Program-made: the position numbers and the translations under genes
Notes under the pieces: model-generated
Told to the model about the DNA's origin: nothing
The model's input: the letters and a program-made list of their open reading frames with translations, nothing else
Database searches by the model: none
Assembly (NCBI GenBank): GCA_039096225.1
Contig: JBBPEB010000014.1
Location: 1,922,001-1,986,000, forward strand
Length of the DNA: 64,000 bases
Source of the DNA: Blastocystis sp. Blastoise
Taxonomy: Eukaryota > Protista > Bigyra: Opalinata
Direction: 5' to 3'
In this document: positions 11,439 to 48,596 of the stretch, one piece after another
Position numbering within the stretch: the stretch's first letter is position 1
Layout of the letters: each line of letters begins with the position of its first letter

Positions 11439-14400
11439 CAATATATATATATATAGATGTATCAAAAGATCGATCGTCCATGTTGGCCCAATCATTAACT
11501 GTGTGCCGAGACACAAATACTGGTACTCAATATCCGTGCGGAGAACTCTTTTATCCAATTAAAGATGCTGATCAAATAATAGTATTTCCAACAAAATCAC
11601 TTACTATTAGTATTTCATTTGATAATCATAGGTATATATATATATATATATAATTTTATTCTTGTCAATATTCTTCTCAATATTAATTATCTAAATATTT
11701 TTTTTATTATTTTATAATATTTTATTCTATATATATATATAGAATGGAGTATATAAATGAATATTTCTTATCATTTTCAAATTCAGATTCATTTCAATAC
11801 TCATATACATTTTATGGTGTATTCTCAAATGCTTCTCGATTATTATTAGATACTTATTATACACAAGCAAAACTCGCTTATCACTATAATAATAAAAGAC
11901 CACTATATAATAATAAATATTTCTTTATGAAATATATACTTGAAGTTAGTATATATATAGATAATATTATTTATTCATTATTTTTTTTTGAAGTTTTTTG
12001 GAATGAAATAATTATATATATATATATATTTTTTTATATTATTCTATTGTGAATATACTTTCTCTTATCATAAATATATAATACTATTATATTATCAATA
12101 ATATAGATTATAATAATTATAAATATTAATATTACTCTATATATAGAATCTAATAAGGCATCTATTTCTATGAATCGTTTTTTACTACTTGTAAATCCTT
12201 ATAATTTCTATATTGATACACTTCAATATATGCATCCTCTTTCATTTATACCTACTACTCAATATATATATCTATATCCTTTGTCTTCTGGATATATTAA
12301 GTTTCAAATAACCAATATTCAATGTTATTTTATGTGTGAATTTGATGAAGCGTCAGGAGAAATGATGGTATTCTTCTTTACTGAAGGTACTTGCACATAT
12401 TATATAACTGCTTATAATGAAGAATATCAAAGAAGAGATAGCTATATTTTAGCATTAAATTCTTATCGTATATATTATTTATTATTATTATTATTATCTT
12501 TATTATTATTATTATTATTATAACTTATTGTATTTTTAATAAATTTATTATTATTAAATTGATTAAATTTATTTTATTAAATTTATTAGAATTGCTATTT
12601 TTATTTGCATATTTTTTCCATTATTCTACATATACTATACTATACTATACTATATAGCTTGTCTTTTACCTAATTTACTTGGTTATTTTGATATATCAAC
12701 CCTTCCATATTCTGATAGTCCTACGGTAACTATAGAAACAACTAAATCTAATATAACTATTAGTAATAGTCCTTCTACTTATAATTTATATTATATATGT
12801 CATGAAGATCAATTTTATAGATTATATCTTAATGATATATCAAATACTTCATTATGGTATTCATCTACTTATTCGTCTTCATCATCATCTTCTTCTTATC
12901 TTTCTTCACATTTTTATTATGATTATGATTTTATTAATGCTTATGAATCTTTTATTATTACCCCTTATTCTTATCAAAATAATAATGGTTATATATATAA
13001 TCCTAGTATTATTATGTCTATTGAATCTACTTGGAAATATTATAATGTAATTGATTCTATACCCAATAACTGGACAGATCTTAATTTTGATGATTCTAAT
13101 TGGAAACAAACCTTATTAAATTATGTTACTATACCTTCTGTTCATTCTATTACTTTATTTAGACACATTCTTAATTTAACAGATAAATATCCTTATTATA
13201 TTCAGAATTATTATCATAGTTATGTATTTCAATTTCAATTAAAAGGTGGTTATATATTTTATCTTAATAATAAAGAAATAGTAAGAATTGAAATTAATGA
13301 TGATAAGCCTTTAAATATTAATACTACAACTAATGGATATTCATTTACATATAAACAACGGTCTATCGTTGGAAAATTAAATCATTTAATATTTAATCAA
13401 ACAATTCTTTCTATAGCTATTATTAATTCTAAAAGTGCTACTGAAGTTGGAATTAATTTACCTACATTCTCATTAAGTTTATTAACTGATCAATATTCCT
13501 TAGCAGATACTCGTGCTTATTTATCAAATTATAAGTCTATAGGTGATAATAATCCTAAAAATGCTTTTGATTTTAATCTTGAAACACATTGGCTTATACC
13601 ACGATATCAAAATATGAATAAGACTTATTATAAGAATATATATTATGATAATAATAATAATAATGATTATATTAATAATAATAATTTGGTTCATAATAAT
13701 AATAATTTGGTTAATAATACTATAATTCCTTCTTCTTCTTCAAATGTTACTACTACTTTTAATTTACGTCATTCTTATACTACTAGAAATACTATTCTTA
13801 ATGAAGAAACTTCATATAAAGATTCTGAGTCTACTATTCTTTCAGAATTATTTGTAGAAAATATATCATTTCCACTTGTTTATGTAAGTGCTGTATCTAA
13901 TAATTATAAAAGATCATGTATAAATAAATATTGTTTTATTTTTGAGGATTTTATTAATAGTTATTATGTTCAACCTTTTGAATGGGATATTTATGGATAT
14001 ACAATAGGATTACAACCTATATTATTACAACATATTTCTTATTTCTTTTGGAATCCATTAGAAATAAGAAGATGTATATATATACCTTTTCAAAATGATT
14101 ATTATCAAGGATATCGATTTGTATTTAATAGTTCACAAACTAAATATGATATATATGATCAATATTTATCTAAAAGTTTATTCAATCATAATATAAGAAA
14201 TGAAAATAATATTTCTTCTTCTTCTTCGTTTTCGTTTACTTCGAATATTGAAGGTTATGATGATCATTATTATTATTCTGATTATTTTATGAAAATCTCT
14301 GAAATTCAATTATTAATTGAATATCAAACACCAAATACATCTTTAGTATTTAATTATTATTTTAAAGAAATGGTATATTTTTATCATGTACCGATTATTC

Positions 14401-17400
14401 CTCCATTTCAATCTATTACTGGTTTTCATTCGTATACAATTACTCCTTCTCTTCCTTATTCTTTATTCTTAGATCGTTATAATGGTGCTATTGTAGGAAA
14501 TCCAGCAATTCTTTTTCCACCTACAAATTTTACAATTATAGCTTATGACTTAAATAATAATAAATATTATGCTTCTATTCAAATATCTATTATAGATTGT
14601 ATGGGTAGTTATACATATTTAAAATTTTATTTAAATTTTCAAATTCAATTTAAATCAATTTATTGGAGATTACATCGATATAATGCTGATGATGATGTTT
14701 ATTCTAGTAATTATTTTTTAAATGAAAGAGAAATACTTTATCCTTTTTGTTTACGTAATGATTATTATTTATTTATATTAGATAATACTGCTGATAATGG
14801 ATGGAAACAAGGATCAGTTATTATCACGAATAATTCAACTATATTAGCAAATTATACACTTATGGAAAATACAAGTTATAAATATATTTTACTTAATTTA
14901 AATTTTATTCTTAAAAAAGAATATAGAATTGTTAATTCAGAAATTGTTAATAGTGAAGATAATAATGCTATTATTAATAATAAGTTTAATAACTATAATA
15001 ATAACTATAATAATAACTATAATAGTAACTATAATAATAACTATAATAATAACTATAATAGTAACTATAATAATAATAATAATTCAACTCTTCTATCGTC
15101 AAGTAATACTGGTAATTGTGATTATAATTATTGTATTCAAGATATAGTTCAATTATCTGAAACAGATCTTCATAATTATTCAGCTATAGAACTTAAAATT
15201 ATTACATATTATTCATTAACTCTCTATATAAATGATAATTTTGCTTATAGATATTCATCAAATATATCTGATGAGAATGAATCTACTATTATTTCTATTT
15301 CATTTCTTACTTCATCGCCATTATGGATAATAGGTAATAATACTTATATTATTTCTATGTCTAATTTACCTACTACTTATAATACTAGTGTAGCTATTAC
15401 CTTTATACATATTTATACAAAACAATTAATGAATTCCCATGGGAATATGGTATCCAATAGTGAAACTATAGGTTTACGAAATTCTTATTATTTATCTGAT
15501 TTTAATTGGAATACATTTGTTGAGTCTATTATGCCAACAGATCATTATTTATATTATGAATGGAAATATGAACCACATGTTTCTCATGTAATTAATAGTT
15601 ATTTATTAGTTAATGATAATATATGTATAAATACATCTCCTCAAGAATGGAAGATAGAAGCATATAATGAAGATAGTTTACAATGGGTATTATTAGATTA
15701 TCAAACGAATATTCAATGGAATACAAAAAATGAAACAAAACGATTTTATTTACAAAATACACTTTCTTATACTACTTATCGTTTGACTATATTAAAATTA
15801 AATTCTATTAATAATGATTCTTATTGTGCTACTAATACCCTTCGATTATCAGAATGGCAATTATCTTCTGTTCTTATTCCAAAAGAATTCTGTTCTCCTA
15901 TTGATTCTTATAATCCTACACCTCCTGATACTAATGCTACTATTCCTTGTGATTCTTGTTATATAGGATATAAACAAAGATATTGTAATAAACAAGGTAT
16001 ATTTGAAAATGAGGAAAATCAATGTATATTATTACCTCCACAAATATTAACTTATAATACAAATAATATTACTTTATATTCTTTTATTAATATGTCTTTA
16101 TTTGTACCTATATTTATTAATTGTGATGGCATATTTTCTATTACTCCTTCTCTTCCTCTTGGTCTTTCTTTTAATATAAATACAGGAAGTATTTCAGGTC
16201 AACCACTTGTTAGTAGTCCTTTAACTAAATATATAGTAACATATAAGAATGAAAAAGGATCTCTTTCAACTGATCTTTATATTACTATAAATACATTATA
16301 TTGTCCAAAAGAAGATATTTGGCAAATAGCCGTTGGACATATGCAAGCAATGCCATGTGATAATAATGGTTTAGGCAGTATAACGAGATGGTGTGCGTCA
16401 CGCGATGATAACCCTTATTGGATGCCAATTGTTGTTAATTGTAAACCACTTTATCCTATATATACATATCAATCTCATTATTCATTTCCTTTAAATACTA
16501 CATTCTCAATTACTCCTACTATTTCTAAAGGGAATACTATTTCTCTCTCTATTTCTCCATATCTTCCCGTTTCTCTTCATTTTTCAACTACAGGTGTTTT
16601 ATTTGGTTATTTAAATATTCCTTCAATTACTACTTATTATATTACTGTAAAACATATTTATGGTATATCTGTTACTTCATTTACATTATCTATTTATAAT
16701 CAAACAGAATTATATTGTCCACAAGATATATGGACACCTTCTGTTAATACTGGTATATCTATATCTATTCCTTGTAATGATACACAAAATTATACTGGAG
16801 AAATATCACGTGATTGTGATTCATTTGGAGCATGGTCTACTGTACGTATGAATTGTGTTCCATCAGTACCTTCAATTCAATATCCAAATCCTATTTTTGT
16901 TTATGAAAATCAAATGTTAAATTATACATATCCATTAGTAACAGGAATATCCATTACTTCTGTTCTCTCTCCTTCTCTTCCTCTTACTATGAATATAGAT
17001 CCTTTTGATGGATCACTTATTGGTAAAGGACCTGATGTAGGAACATATATATTTGATATTAATATCTATAATAATTACGGGAATTCGACATTTACAGTAA
17101 CATTGATTAGTTTACCTGCTCTATGTGAAACAGATGGTGAATGGGAAAGTATTCCCGTGGGAAAAGAAGCTCAATTAGATTGTATAGAAACATATTATTT
17201 ACCTAGTTATCGAAAACGTTCTTGTATATTTACTACTTATCCTTTTTGGGGTACTATTGATAATCAATGTATATATAAAAAACCTTCTATTGTCTATTCT
17301 TCTTCAATGTATACGTTTCCTTTTGGAGAAACTATTGCATCTATTATTCCCACGATTATTGCTCCTCCTGGTTATATTGTTAGTATATATCCTGAATTAC

Positions 17401-18388
17401 CAGGTGGATTATTTATAGAACCTACTAATGGTATTATTAGAGGTGCTATAAGTGTATATATTGCTGGTACATATACAATAACATTAAATTCAGATGCTGG
17501 TATAGCTTCAACAACTTTATTTATACAAAGTTTTTATTATTATTGTAAAATTGATTCTAATTGGCCAACAACAAAATCTTATGATACTGTGTACCAATTG
17601 TGTTCCAGTGGATATCGAGGTGTTCAATGGAGAACGTGCGAATTAGTGGTTAGTGATCAAGCCAAGTGGGGGATCGTACATGACGAGTATTGTCGCGATA
17701 TAACAGATACATTTCAAAATTATAATAATAATGAAAGAATCCTTGTTTTCCCAATTGATGTATATATTATTATTTAAATTAATATTTACGATTTTATTAT
17801 AATTATTATAGTTAATATATTATAATTAATATTATTATAGTTATTATTATAGTTATTATTATTATAATTAATATTATTATTATATAGTTTGGAAATGCTT
17901 TTTGTACACGTTTAGAGAATGCCTTATCTTATTATTCTTTATATACATTTATATTAAGTTATTTATCTGTATATAATACTACTTCCTCAGATTTATATTT
18001 TGATTCGTTCACAGAAACACAATTAAATAACAGTGACGTCATTTGCACGCTTTCTGTACATATTAAACTGTCTTCTTCTTCTATTGATTCTTTAGAGAAT
18101 TATATACTATATTTAAATCCATTATCTACTTGTTTATATAATTACATAATTCATAGTAATAATTTTTCTTTACCTTCTTCTATTTCTATTTCTATTAATC
18201 CTGATTTATTTGATATTTCATCTTCTTATGATCTTTTTATTATATCCATTATTATATTTATATGTATATTAATATTTTTATCGATTCTTTTAAGTCTACG
18301 AATATTCACTATGAAAAAAAAGAATATTCGAAAGAACACGTTAAAATCTAATCTTATTAATCGAAATGGATCTATTTCTATATATTAA
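9980..18388 (+). CDS. Large type-I membrane surface protein with galactose-binding-like, putative Ig (He_PIG-like) and Cys-rich (C..D.W....G......C) repeats
   Basis: Signal peptide (MIIILFLLSPIEA). Exons join in frame into the 13014-17759 ORF. Repeats such as SITPSLPLGLSFNINTGSISGQP alternate with CPKEDIW...C...C. Last exon has a TM helix (LFIISIIIFICILIFLSILL) plus basic tail; TAA 18386-18388. Confidence 0.85.
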
Positions 18389-19672
18389 TTAATATATTAT
18401 ATATATATAATTTCTTAGTATTATTTTTTTTCTTTTCTACTTTTTTTGTAACCTATTTTTATTTTACATTTCTTTTATATGTTTGTATATATATTTATAT
18501 ATATTTATGTATGTATTTCTATTTTTTTTATTGTTTTCATTGAGAAAATATATAGAAATTCAATTTCTTTTTTATATATTATTATAAAAATATATTTCTT
18601 ATAAGTCATTCATTTCTTTACAAATAATTTCTTAAAAAATAATTTCTTTACAAATAATTTCTTAATATATATATATATATTTCAATATATGATTTTTTTT
18701 TTCTTTTTGCCTTTTTCTTTGTAATTTAGTTAATTATATAATAATTCGTTATATGCATAACGTATTTATATGTAAATATTTAATTTTTAGTATATTATAT
18801 ATAATATTTATTTTTTTTTTAAATCATATATATACATTTATATATATATTCAATTCATTAATTTTTCTTAATATATTCTTATTTTCCAATAATTTCTTAT
18901 TTATCAGAAGATTCTTATATATATATATATATTATTTATCATCTTGTAATAGATTGTAGAACAATTTTATTACCAAATGTTATCTTCTATATAGTTCTTT
19001 CTTGTTTCTAAGATATATTTTTTCAGCTTTCTTTTATATATATGTATTCTATTTTTAATATATTTTCCTATTTCATAATAGTCCTATTGTGAATACTTAT
19101 ATAGGTGTTAATTACATTATTCATCATTTATTTTGTTTCGTTTGTAAATATAGATAATAATTTTTCTTTAAATAAATTATTCTATTATGAACAAAAAAAG
19201 TACTATATATTTCTAGTGAATTCAAAGACATTAGTTTTAATTAATTGGAACTCAACATAATCCTTTATATTGATTTATATACATAGAAATCTATAATAGT
19301 CATTATGTATACTTATATAATAATAAGTATAATATTCTATAATGAGTTACATTGTATATAGTAGAAAACATTATCTGAATAATTATATATATATATTTAT
19401 GTATTATTTAAGCTTTTTTATTTATTATAAATAGTTTATTTTAATGATTTTTGATTTATTTATATGATTCAAATAATGATAATAATAGTATTTGAATAAT
19501 AAAATATTCAAAAATAAAAACAAAAGAAAAAGGATAATAAATTTATAAAATATTATTAGAAAAAAAGATCTTAAGAATTATGTATATAAATAATAATAAT
19601 ATATATATATATATATATTTTGTATTATTTCTGTATATAAGTACCATTATTATATTATATAATGACTTGTAG

Positions 19673-21205
19673 TTAGAGAGAGAACGGTGTTCCAGGAATA
19701 AGTGTTTGTATGTGAATATCATTTCTAGTAAGTAATCGTTTTACTTCTTCAGGTGTACCTGTAAGAGGACCAAATGTCTTATAATGCATAGGAATAGCCA
19801 GAGAAACATTTGTTAATAACTATAAGATTATATAATATATTGAATTATTATGTAATATATAGATTATTATATACTATATTGAATTATTATGTAATATATA
19901 GATTATTATATACTATACTGAATTATTATGTAATATATATATAGATTATTATATAATATATTGAATTATTATGTAATATATAAATAGATTATTATGTAAT
20001 ATATAGATTATTATATAGTAAAAAAATTTCAAAATATATATATATATATATCTAATGTATATAAAAAAAAAGAGAGATCATAATATATATATACGTGATT
20101 GAGTGTATAAGCAGCTTCAATAGGTCCCATTGTGTAATTATCACCAATACATATACACACTATATCCGGTTTATAGATATCATTAATTATTTTCATATCC
20201 CCAAAAATAGCAGTGTCACCTGTGTGATATATACGATGATCTATATATATATATATAATTAGTATAAAATAGTAATAATAAATATAACATAAAAATATAA
20301 TAAATATAACATAAAAATATAATAAATATAACATAAAAATATAATAAATATAACATAAAAATATAATAAATATAACATAAAAATATAATAAATATAACAT
20401 AAAAATATAATAAATATAACATAAAAATATAATAAATATAACATAAAAAAATAATATATAACATAAAAATAATAAATATAACATAAAAATATAATAAATA
20501 TAACATAAATATAATAAATCATTATATAATAGCAATAAAATAATATCTATATACTATCTTTAGTATGAATAATAAATCCCATAGCTTCTCCTCCATATAA
20601 AACATCTCCATTTTCTGTCGTATAACTACTACTATGGTCCTATAAACAAAGAATAATAATGAAAAATATAAATTATAAAACAATATATATATAATAAAAT
20701 TATGGATGATTAAGATTATATTCATGAGAAAATATACTGCATGAACAGCTGTGACCTTAATTCCATTCTTTAAGACTTTAGTACCTCCTTTATTCATTCC
20801 AATAATTTGATTACCTATAGAATATGACTGTAAAGTATTATTTGCAATTGATTATATAATATAGCACATATTATTATATTAAAGAATACCTGAAACACCA
20901 AAAGACGAAAGGATAGTGTCGATTTCAGCTATACACTATTCATAAAAATAAGAGAATTTGAATTTTATTAATATTTTCTATGTATATACAATGCATATAG
21001 TCTTTTTGGATGACTTTAATATATGTTCAGTTTCTCCAAAATGATCATTATGGGCATGAGTGACGAGAATATAGTCAGGAGATAGATATTCTTCAGATAC
21101 ATGTTTTGGTGCCATTGGGTTATCAATCCAAGGGTCAATTAAAAAAGAAACACCATCAGTCTTAATATAAAAAGCAGCGTGACCTAACCAAACAATTTCT
21201 GTCAT
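19673..21205 (-). CDS. Metallo-beta-lactamase-fold metal-dependent hydrolase, UPF0173/UlaG-like (6 exons)
   Basis: [73 protein letters not shown] recovered in frame across 5 GT-AG introns. Confidence 0.92.
19825..20015. repeat. Intronic ~39-bp tandem repeat (about 4-5 degenerate copies)
   Basis: Unit approximately AGATTATTATATACTATATTGAATTATTATGTAATATAT. Confidence 0.7.
20278..20518. repeat. Intronic 22-bp minisatellite (~10 copies)
   Basis: Unit AATATAACATAAAAATATAATA repeated almost perfectly; it generates the spurious ORFs at 20029-20535. Confidence 0.85.
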
Positions 21206-21328
21206 TTATAAAAATGAAATAAAAGCCAAAAAATGGATATCAGATTGTTTAAATCCATATGAGAAATAGATTTCTTTTTTATACTCAATTTTAAAAAATA
21301 ATCTTGATTTAAATGATATAAAAAAAAA

Positions 21329-22037
21329 ATGAATTTATCTTTAAAATTAAGTTCTAGTTCGGAATCAGATCGAGCTTCTCATCATCACCATCGACATATA
21401 CATCGATCTCATCATTCACATCATCATCAATCTAAATCTAATGATAATCATAATTCAAATGACAATAATCAAAACGTTTCAAACTCTGTTCAAAACAAAG
21501 TGGTTCGATCTGAATTAATGGAAAAAATTATTAAACAACGAGAAGAAGATCAAAAGAAAAAAGATTTGCTTATCAAAGCAAAAATTAGAAAAGAAATTCG
21601 ATCACAACAAACAAACAATACGAATAGTATATAAAATGATCATTATTCTTTAAAAATTATATTCAATAAACATTAATCTTTTTATTTCATCTGGTATTAT
21701 ATAATAATTAATGAATTCTATTTATCTATTTAGTATCCTCAGGTCCAATGACAAAAGAACAATACGATAAGAAAAAGAATACATTACGAGAAGTGTATGA
21801 TGAAGAAACTGGACGATGGAGGTATTTCTTGTCTTGTCTTATTTTTCACTCTTAGTTTTTCGTCATAAATTAAATAAATAACATTATATTCTTATATCTA
21901 GACTAATTCGAGGAGATGGCGAGATTGTTGAAAGAATTGTAACTAAAGAAAAACAATCAGAAATTAATAAAACTGCTACTTTCTATGATGGATTATCTAA
22001 TACAAAAATCATGCTTGGAACATTAAATCAGAAGTAA
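21329..22037 (+). CDS. ARL6IP4: ARL6IP4 / SR-25 splicing-associated protein (3 exons)
   Basis: Spliced C-terminus [57 protein letters not shown] matches the SR-25 domain; Ser/His-rich N-terminus. Confidence 0.85.
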
Positions 22038-22985
22038 TCCATTTCTTGTATGTTTTTTATTATATATATATATATATATATTTATGTGTTTATTTATATA
22101 GGAATAATTTCTGTATCTTTTTTTTTTCTTTTCTAAAAGATATTTACTCGATTATTTTCCTTTTTGTTTTTTCAATATGAATTGTATTATTGAAGTTGTT
22201 TTATATTCCGTTGCTTCTTAAATACATTTCTGACATGAAAAACGATTAAATAGAAGAATTATAAGAAAATTATTCTATGTGCAGAGATATTAAATTCAGT
22301 CTAGAATACTCAGGTTCATTATTTCTGAATAATATGTATATTCATTCTTCATATAGAAATCAATGATGTTAACCTATTCTTATGAAGATTTCTTGGTATT
22401 TAAAATATATAACGGAGAAAAACTATATATGACTATTTCGTTTATTATGTCTGACAATAGAAATGGTGCGTCATCGAGAGATGTAATCTACTAAAACAGA
22501 GAAAATGACTTATGCTCACGTCAGCAGAAAAATAAAAGCCTTTTGTCTCTTCTGTTTTGAGATGCTATTAATCAAAAGAAACTTCTGTTATTATTCTATT
22601 TTTCTCTTTAATTATAATATTTTTGATTTTTAATAATAATTAAGCAATCTCTTGATGATGAATAAAAATGGAAAGTTGTTTTAACAGATCTTTAATAAAA
22701 AAAGACTGATTAAATAATAAAAAAATAATATCAAAAAAAATAATACATACCCAATACAGAATATTCTTCGTGGTGATGTCTTTAATAGCTCCATGTTGGA
22801 GAATGAACATCTAGAAATAAGATAGAAAGAAAAAAATCGTTTCGATTGGATAATAACACGATATGAACCAATGAGATCGGCTGAACCGCTTATTACAAAC
22901 TTGTATTGCCCCTGAAATCATTTACTTCCTTAGTTATTCGACATATTTTTTTACATCTTATTAAATCAAAACTTAAGAAATCGAC

Positions 22986-23987
22986 ATGGAGAATAGTATG
23001 CTAATGTTTGAACCCATGGTAAATATGATAGATTCAAAGGTACTATTGGATAATGACTTTTACTTTACTCATGACGTCACCGGCTTTAATAATCATATGT
23101 ATGATATAGAAGAGACAAAATCGAATTATATTCCTGAAGATGGTTTTGGTGATAATATGTTTTTAAATAAGGGTGAAACAATTGATTGCGTGGTAGGTAC
23201 AAGGATGCCTCAAATGCCTTTACCTATTCTAATTGAGACAAATCCAATTTCTATACCAAGTGTTGTCTATCAAAATAATGTTGTAGTTCATACTCCTAAG
23301 AGTATTTCTAATGAAGCAGCTGCTTCTATTCAAGAAAAAGCTCCTTCAAATGGTAACGATCCAGTTTCATCACAAAATAAAAACAATTCTATTGTAAGAT
23401 CTGATGATGAATCTCGATCTGATGAGTATGTACCAAAAGAAGATGATGATAGTTCTGTTGATTCTTCAAATTTGTTAACAAAGAAACGTGGTCGTGGACG
23501 ACCGAGAAAGAGCCAAAAAGAAAATAATGAATCTAAGGCAATTCATCGTATATATTTATAATTTATGGAGTTATTGGCTATATATTATTATTTATTTGAT
23601 TTAAATTTTTTTTTTAATAAAATAATTATATATTTATAATTTTTTTTTTAATAAAAATAATTATATATATTATATATATAATTTAAGAAAATAATTCAAT
23701 AATTATATATATATATAATTTAATAAAAATAATTATATAATTTTATATAAATAATAGGTAAGAAGCAGAATCGTATTTATGCGCGTAATAGTAGACAGAA
23801 GAAGAAGCAATATATTGATTTTTTACAGTATCGTAATTTAGAATTAATGAATACAATTGATCATATTGCTAGTACTATCAAGGATCTTATTGATCCAGAA
23901 TTATATATTACTCTATTTCCTAAGTTTTCTAGTTTTGAACAATTTTGTGAAGGTACTTCTGAAGAAGAAGAATCTGCTTCTACATAA
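22986..23987 (+). CDS. bZIP transcription factor with upstream AT-hook (2 exons)
   Basis: KKRGRGRPRK AT-hook; after the intron, RKKQNRIYARNSRQKKKQYIDFLQYRNLEL (N-x7-R basic region plus short zipper); TAA 23985-23987. Confidence 0.85.
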
Positions 23988-25872
23988 GTATTATATTATA
24001 TACATATTTTATTACATTTCTTTATTATTATTGTTATTTAATATAACATCTATTTATTATTTTAACATTCTTTTTCATTTTTTTTTAATCCAAATAATCG
24101 TATATTTAAATACTTATTTTTATGTAAAGAATGCTTTTTTCTTATTACTTTATGATGTTTCTTTTTATATTAATCAATTTATATATAAATAATATTATAT
24201 TTTCTCATACAGTGTATACATTTACACTGTTATGGAACATTTATTCACATTTTATTCTTGATAATTCTTATTTTTATTAATAGATAAATAACCAGCATTA
24301 TTATGAGTTTTATGTGCCACTTTTTCTCGTTTATTCATTCCTCTCTTTCTTTCTTTTCTATATATCTATATCTATATATATATATTTTTATTCATAACAA
24401 TTATATATATTTATATAATTGTCTTATTATATATAAAATAGTTCGTATTATTGAATCATATATCTATATGCTTATTGTATTGAATTATTTTATTTTCTTC
24501 TTCTATGAACTCATTCTTTTTAGTTATAATATATGTATTCTTTTTATGTTCTTTTGATTTTTTCCATGTTTATTATTAGTTTTTTTTTCATATTTATTTG
24601 TTATTCTTTATTCCTAGTGTAATTTAAATGTCTTCTGTATATCTTACGATACAGTTCATTATTCTAGTTTCTTTTTTTTTAAGGTATACTTTTATTTGTC
24701 TTTCAATATTTATGAAATTTTATTATTTTGAAAGTTTTATAAGAATATACTCTTTATATATTCTCTAAACAACTTTCTTAAAGTAAACATTTAATTTTTA
24801 CTAATTATCTTTATATTAAATAAACGTATTATCTCTATTCTTATCTTTATTTGTATCTTTATTATAAATACATTCTTGTGTACTTCTAGCTCTTTCTCTT
24901 CTTGTGTTCTTTAAAATATGTTAATTATATTTATATAAATCACTAGTTTCTTTTTAGTATTTATTTTAACATCTTATATATATGTTATACTGTTTTAGAC
25001 AATAGCTAATATATATATATTTATGCTTTAATACTCTATATAAATAATTTTCATAATATATTACATATAGTATTCTTTTATAAAGGAATCTATTCACTTA
25101 TTGCTTGTTTTTTTTTAATTTATTTTTTTTGTAAATAAGAAGAGTTGACTAAATAACACAAATTTTTTTAAACAATTATCTTTTATTTACATATTGGACG
25201 AAAATATATTTTTTATTCCTAAACAATTTTTTCTATGTATAATGTGTATATAAATCATTTTATAATATATTTATTATATATATACATATTACTATGGATT
25301 CAATTTTCATTTATACATATATCATATCATAAGACTTATAAGTTGTGTTAAACCACATTCTGCTTAATTTCTGTTTTATAAATGTAATCAATTTCGGGGA
25401 TTTTACAAATTATATTATATATTTGATTTTTTAAAATTACTAAAGGCGAATAAAATATCTAGTTATTCATGTCATGATTATGGGAAAAATAGATAAATAA
25501 CAATGATTGTGGAATTTGTTGGCTTATTAATTGAAATCATATTTTAAAAGATAAACATAACTGTATTATCATTCACAAGATACAAATTTTCATTCAATAT
25601 TCGGTATTTATAAAGAATGGTGAAGAAAAGAAAAATTAAAAGGAAATATAGGTTTTCTAAAATGAATGATTGTGTTCTGTTTCGAAGTTCTATTCGATCA
25701 ATTGTCTTTTTTTTGTCCAAACAGAAAAGAATAAAGAACCATTCCTTATTTGGATATAATCGTGGGAATCATCAGTTGTCTCATCAGGTCGTATACAATC
25801 TGTTTTCAAGAAACTCTCTTTTCACCTTTTATTTTGGAGTATTCATAAGAATCTTTAGCGTTTTTTACGAAA

Positions 25873-39311
<13,439 letters not shown>

Positions 39312-40747
39312 AGATATATTATATAAAGATATAAATATTGAGATATACTATTATTATATATATTATAATATTTATATTAATTTATATTCTTTTTTGTATA
39401 TTATACATCATATATTTATATTAGATATTTATATGTTTACATTTCTATTTTTTTTTATTATTCCCTTTTTTTATTCATTAGTTTTATATATATATAACAA
39501 AATAAAATATTTTTTTGGAGCAACTTCATTTTCATTATATATATATATATTCATTTTCTTTAAACAAGCTGTTCTATTTCTTATTTATTTTTACTAACAT
39601 TTGTTCATTTATATAATTTGTTTTGTTTTCATTCGTCTATTTTACTTATATAAACAATACTAAAAATTTATTCTTAATTATATTTTTATTATTTAATAAA
39701 TGAGAGAGCTTGTATTTCTATAATAAATAATATATAATGATGATCACAAATTTATACTAATGATAGTTTAATAATAATGTATCATAAATTCTTATCAATA
39801 CTAAATAATAACAAAACAAAACAAAAATAGCATCAAATATGAATTTTGAATTAATTCTCATTAAATAGATAATATTTCTATATAATATATACATTAATAG
39901 AAATATAAATAAATACATTTAAAAAAAAAAAAAGTAGAAACAAAGAAAAACAAAATAATAAAATAGACAATAGTGTAGAATACACAGTAATATACACAAG
40001 AAAATAGGATAAACAGAAAAAAAAGAAACTACAAATGTTAATAAATATATATATATATGAAATAAACAAAAAAAAATATATGAAAATAAACAGTTCTAAA
40101 TTATAAAACACAAAAAAATATAATTATTAATATTATTAGTAATTATTATTATTTGAAGAATAACTAGCCACACTTATATGCTACAGCAATTAATATATAT
40201 ATATATGTATATATATAGAGTAATGAAAAAAATGAAAGTATATACATATATAGAGTCAATACATATATATAGAAGAGTTTCATAAAAATTAAAATAAAAT
40301 AAATAAAAAAATAGTGAAAATGTTATTATATATATATATGTATTGACTAAATAATATTACGAATATATAATATACTAGTTTAAAATATATATATATATAT
40401 ATATGATATCTAAGATATATATATATATAGTAACATATATATATAAGTAAAAATTGATTATATAAATAAAAAACGAATAATTTCTAAGACAATAGCATAT
40501 AAAAGAATATATATTTAAAAGCACATAGTAATATATATCTAATTTATACATATATAAATATATATATTGAAATTAATAAATGAAAATTCTTTAAAAAAGT
40601 TAAAAAATGAATATAATAATATATATATATGTTTTTAAATGAAATAATTTTATATAATATTATATAGTAAATATAAATATGTATAATTTTATATACATAT
40701 ATAGAAAGAGAGAATAAAAATAAAATTATAAAACAAAAATAATCAGA

Positions 40748-48596
<7,849 letters not shown>

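Noticed and set aside
11228-11653. Many track ORFs rich in YIYIYI, IIII, LLLL or YYYY here and throughout the window
   Set aside because: Translations of intronic (TA)n/(TAT)n microsatellites or antisense frames; only the parts between AG and GT are real exons.
20278-20518. Regular 22-bp repeats as a CRISPR-like array
   Set aside because: No unique spacers; intronic minisatellite in a eukaryotic gene.
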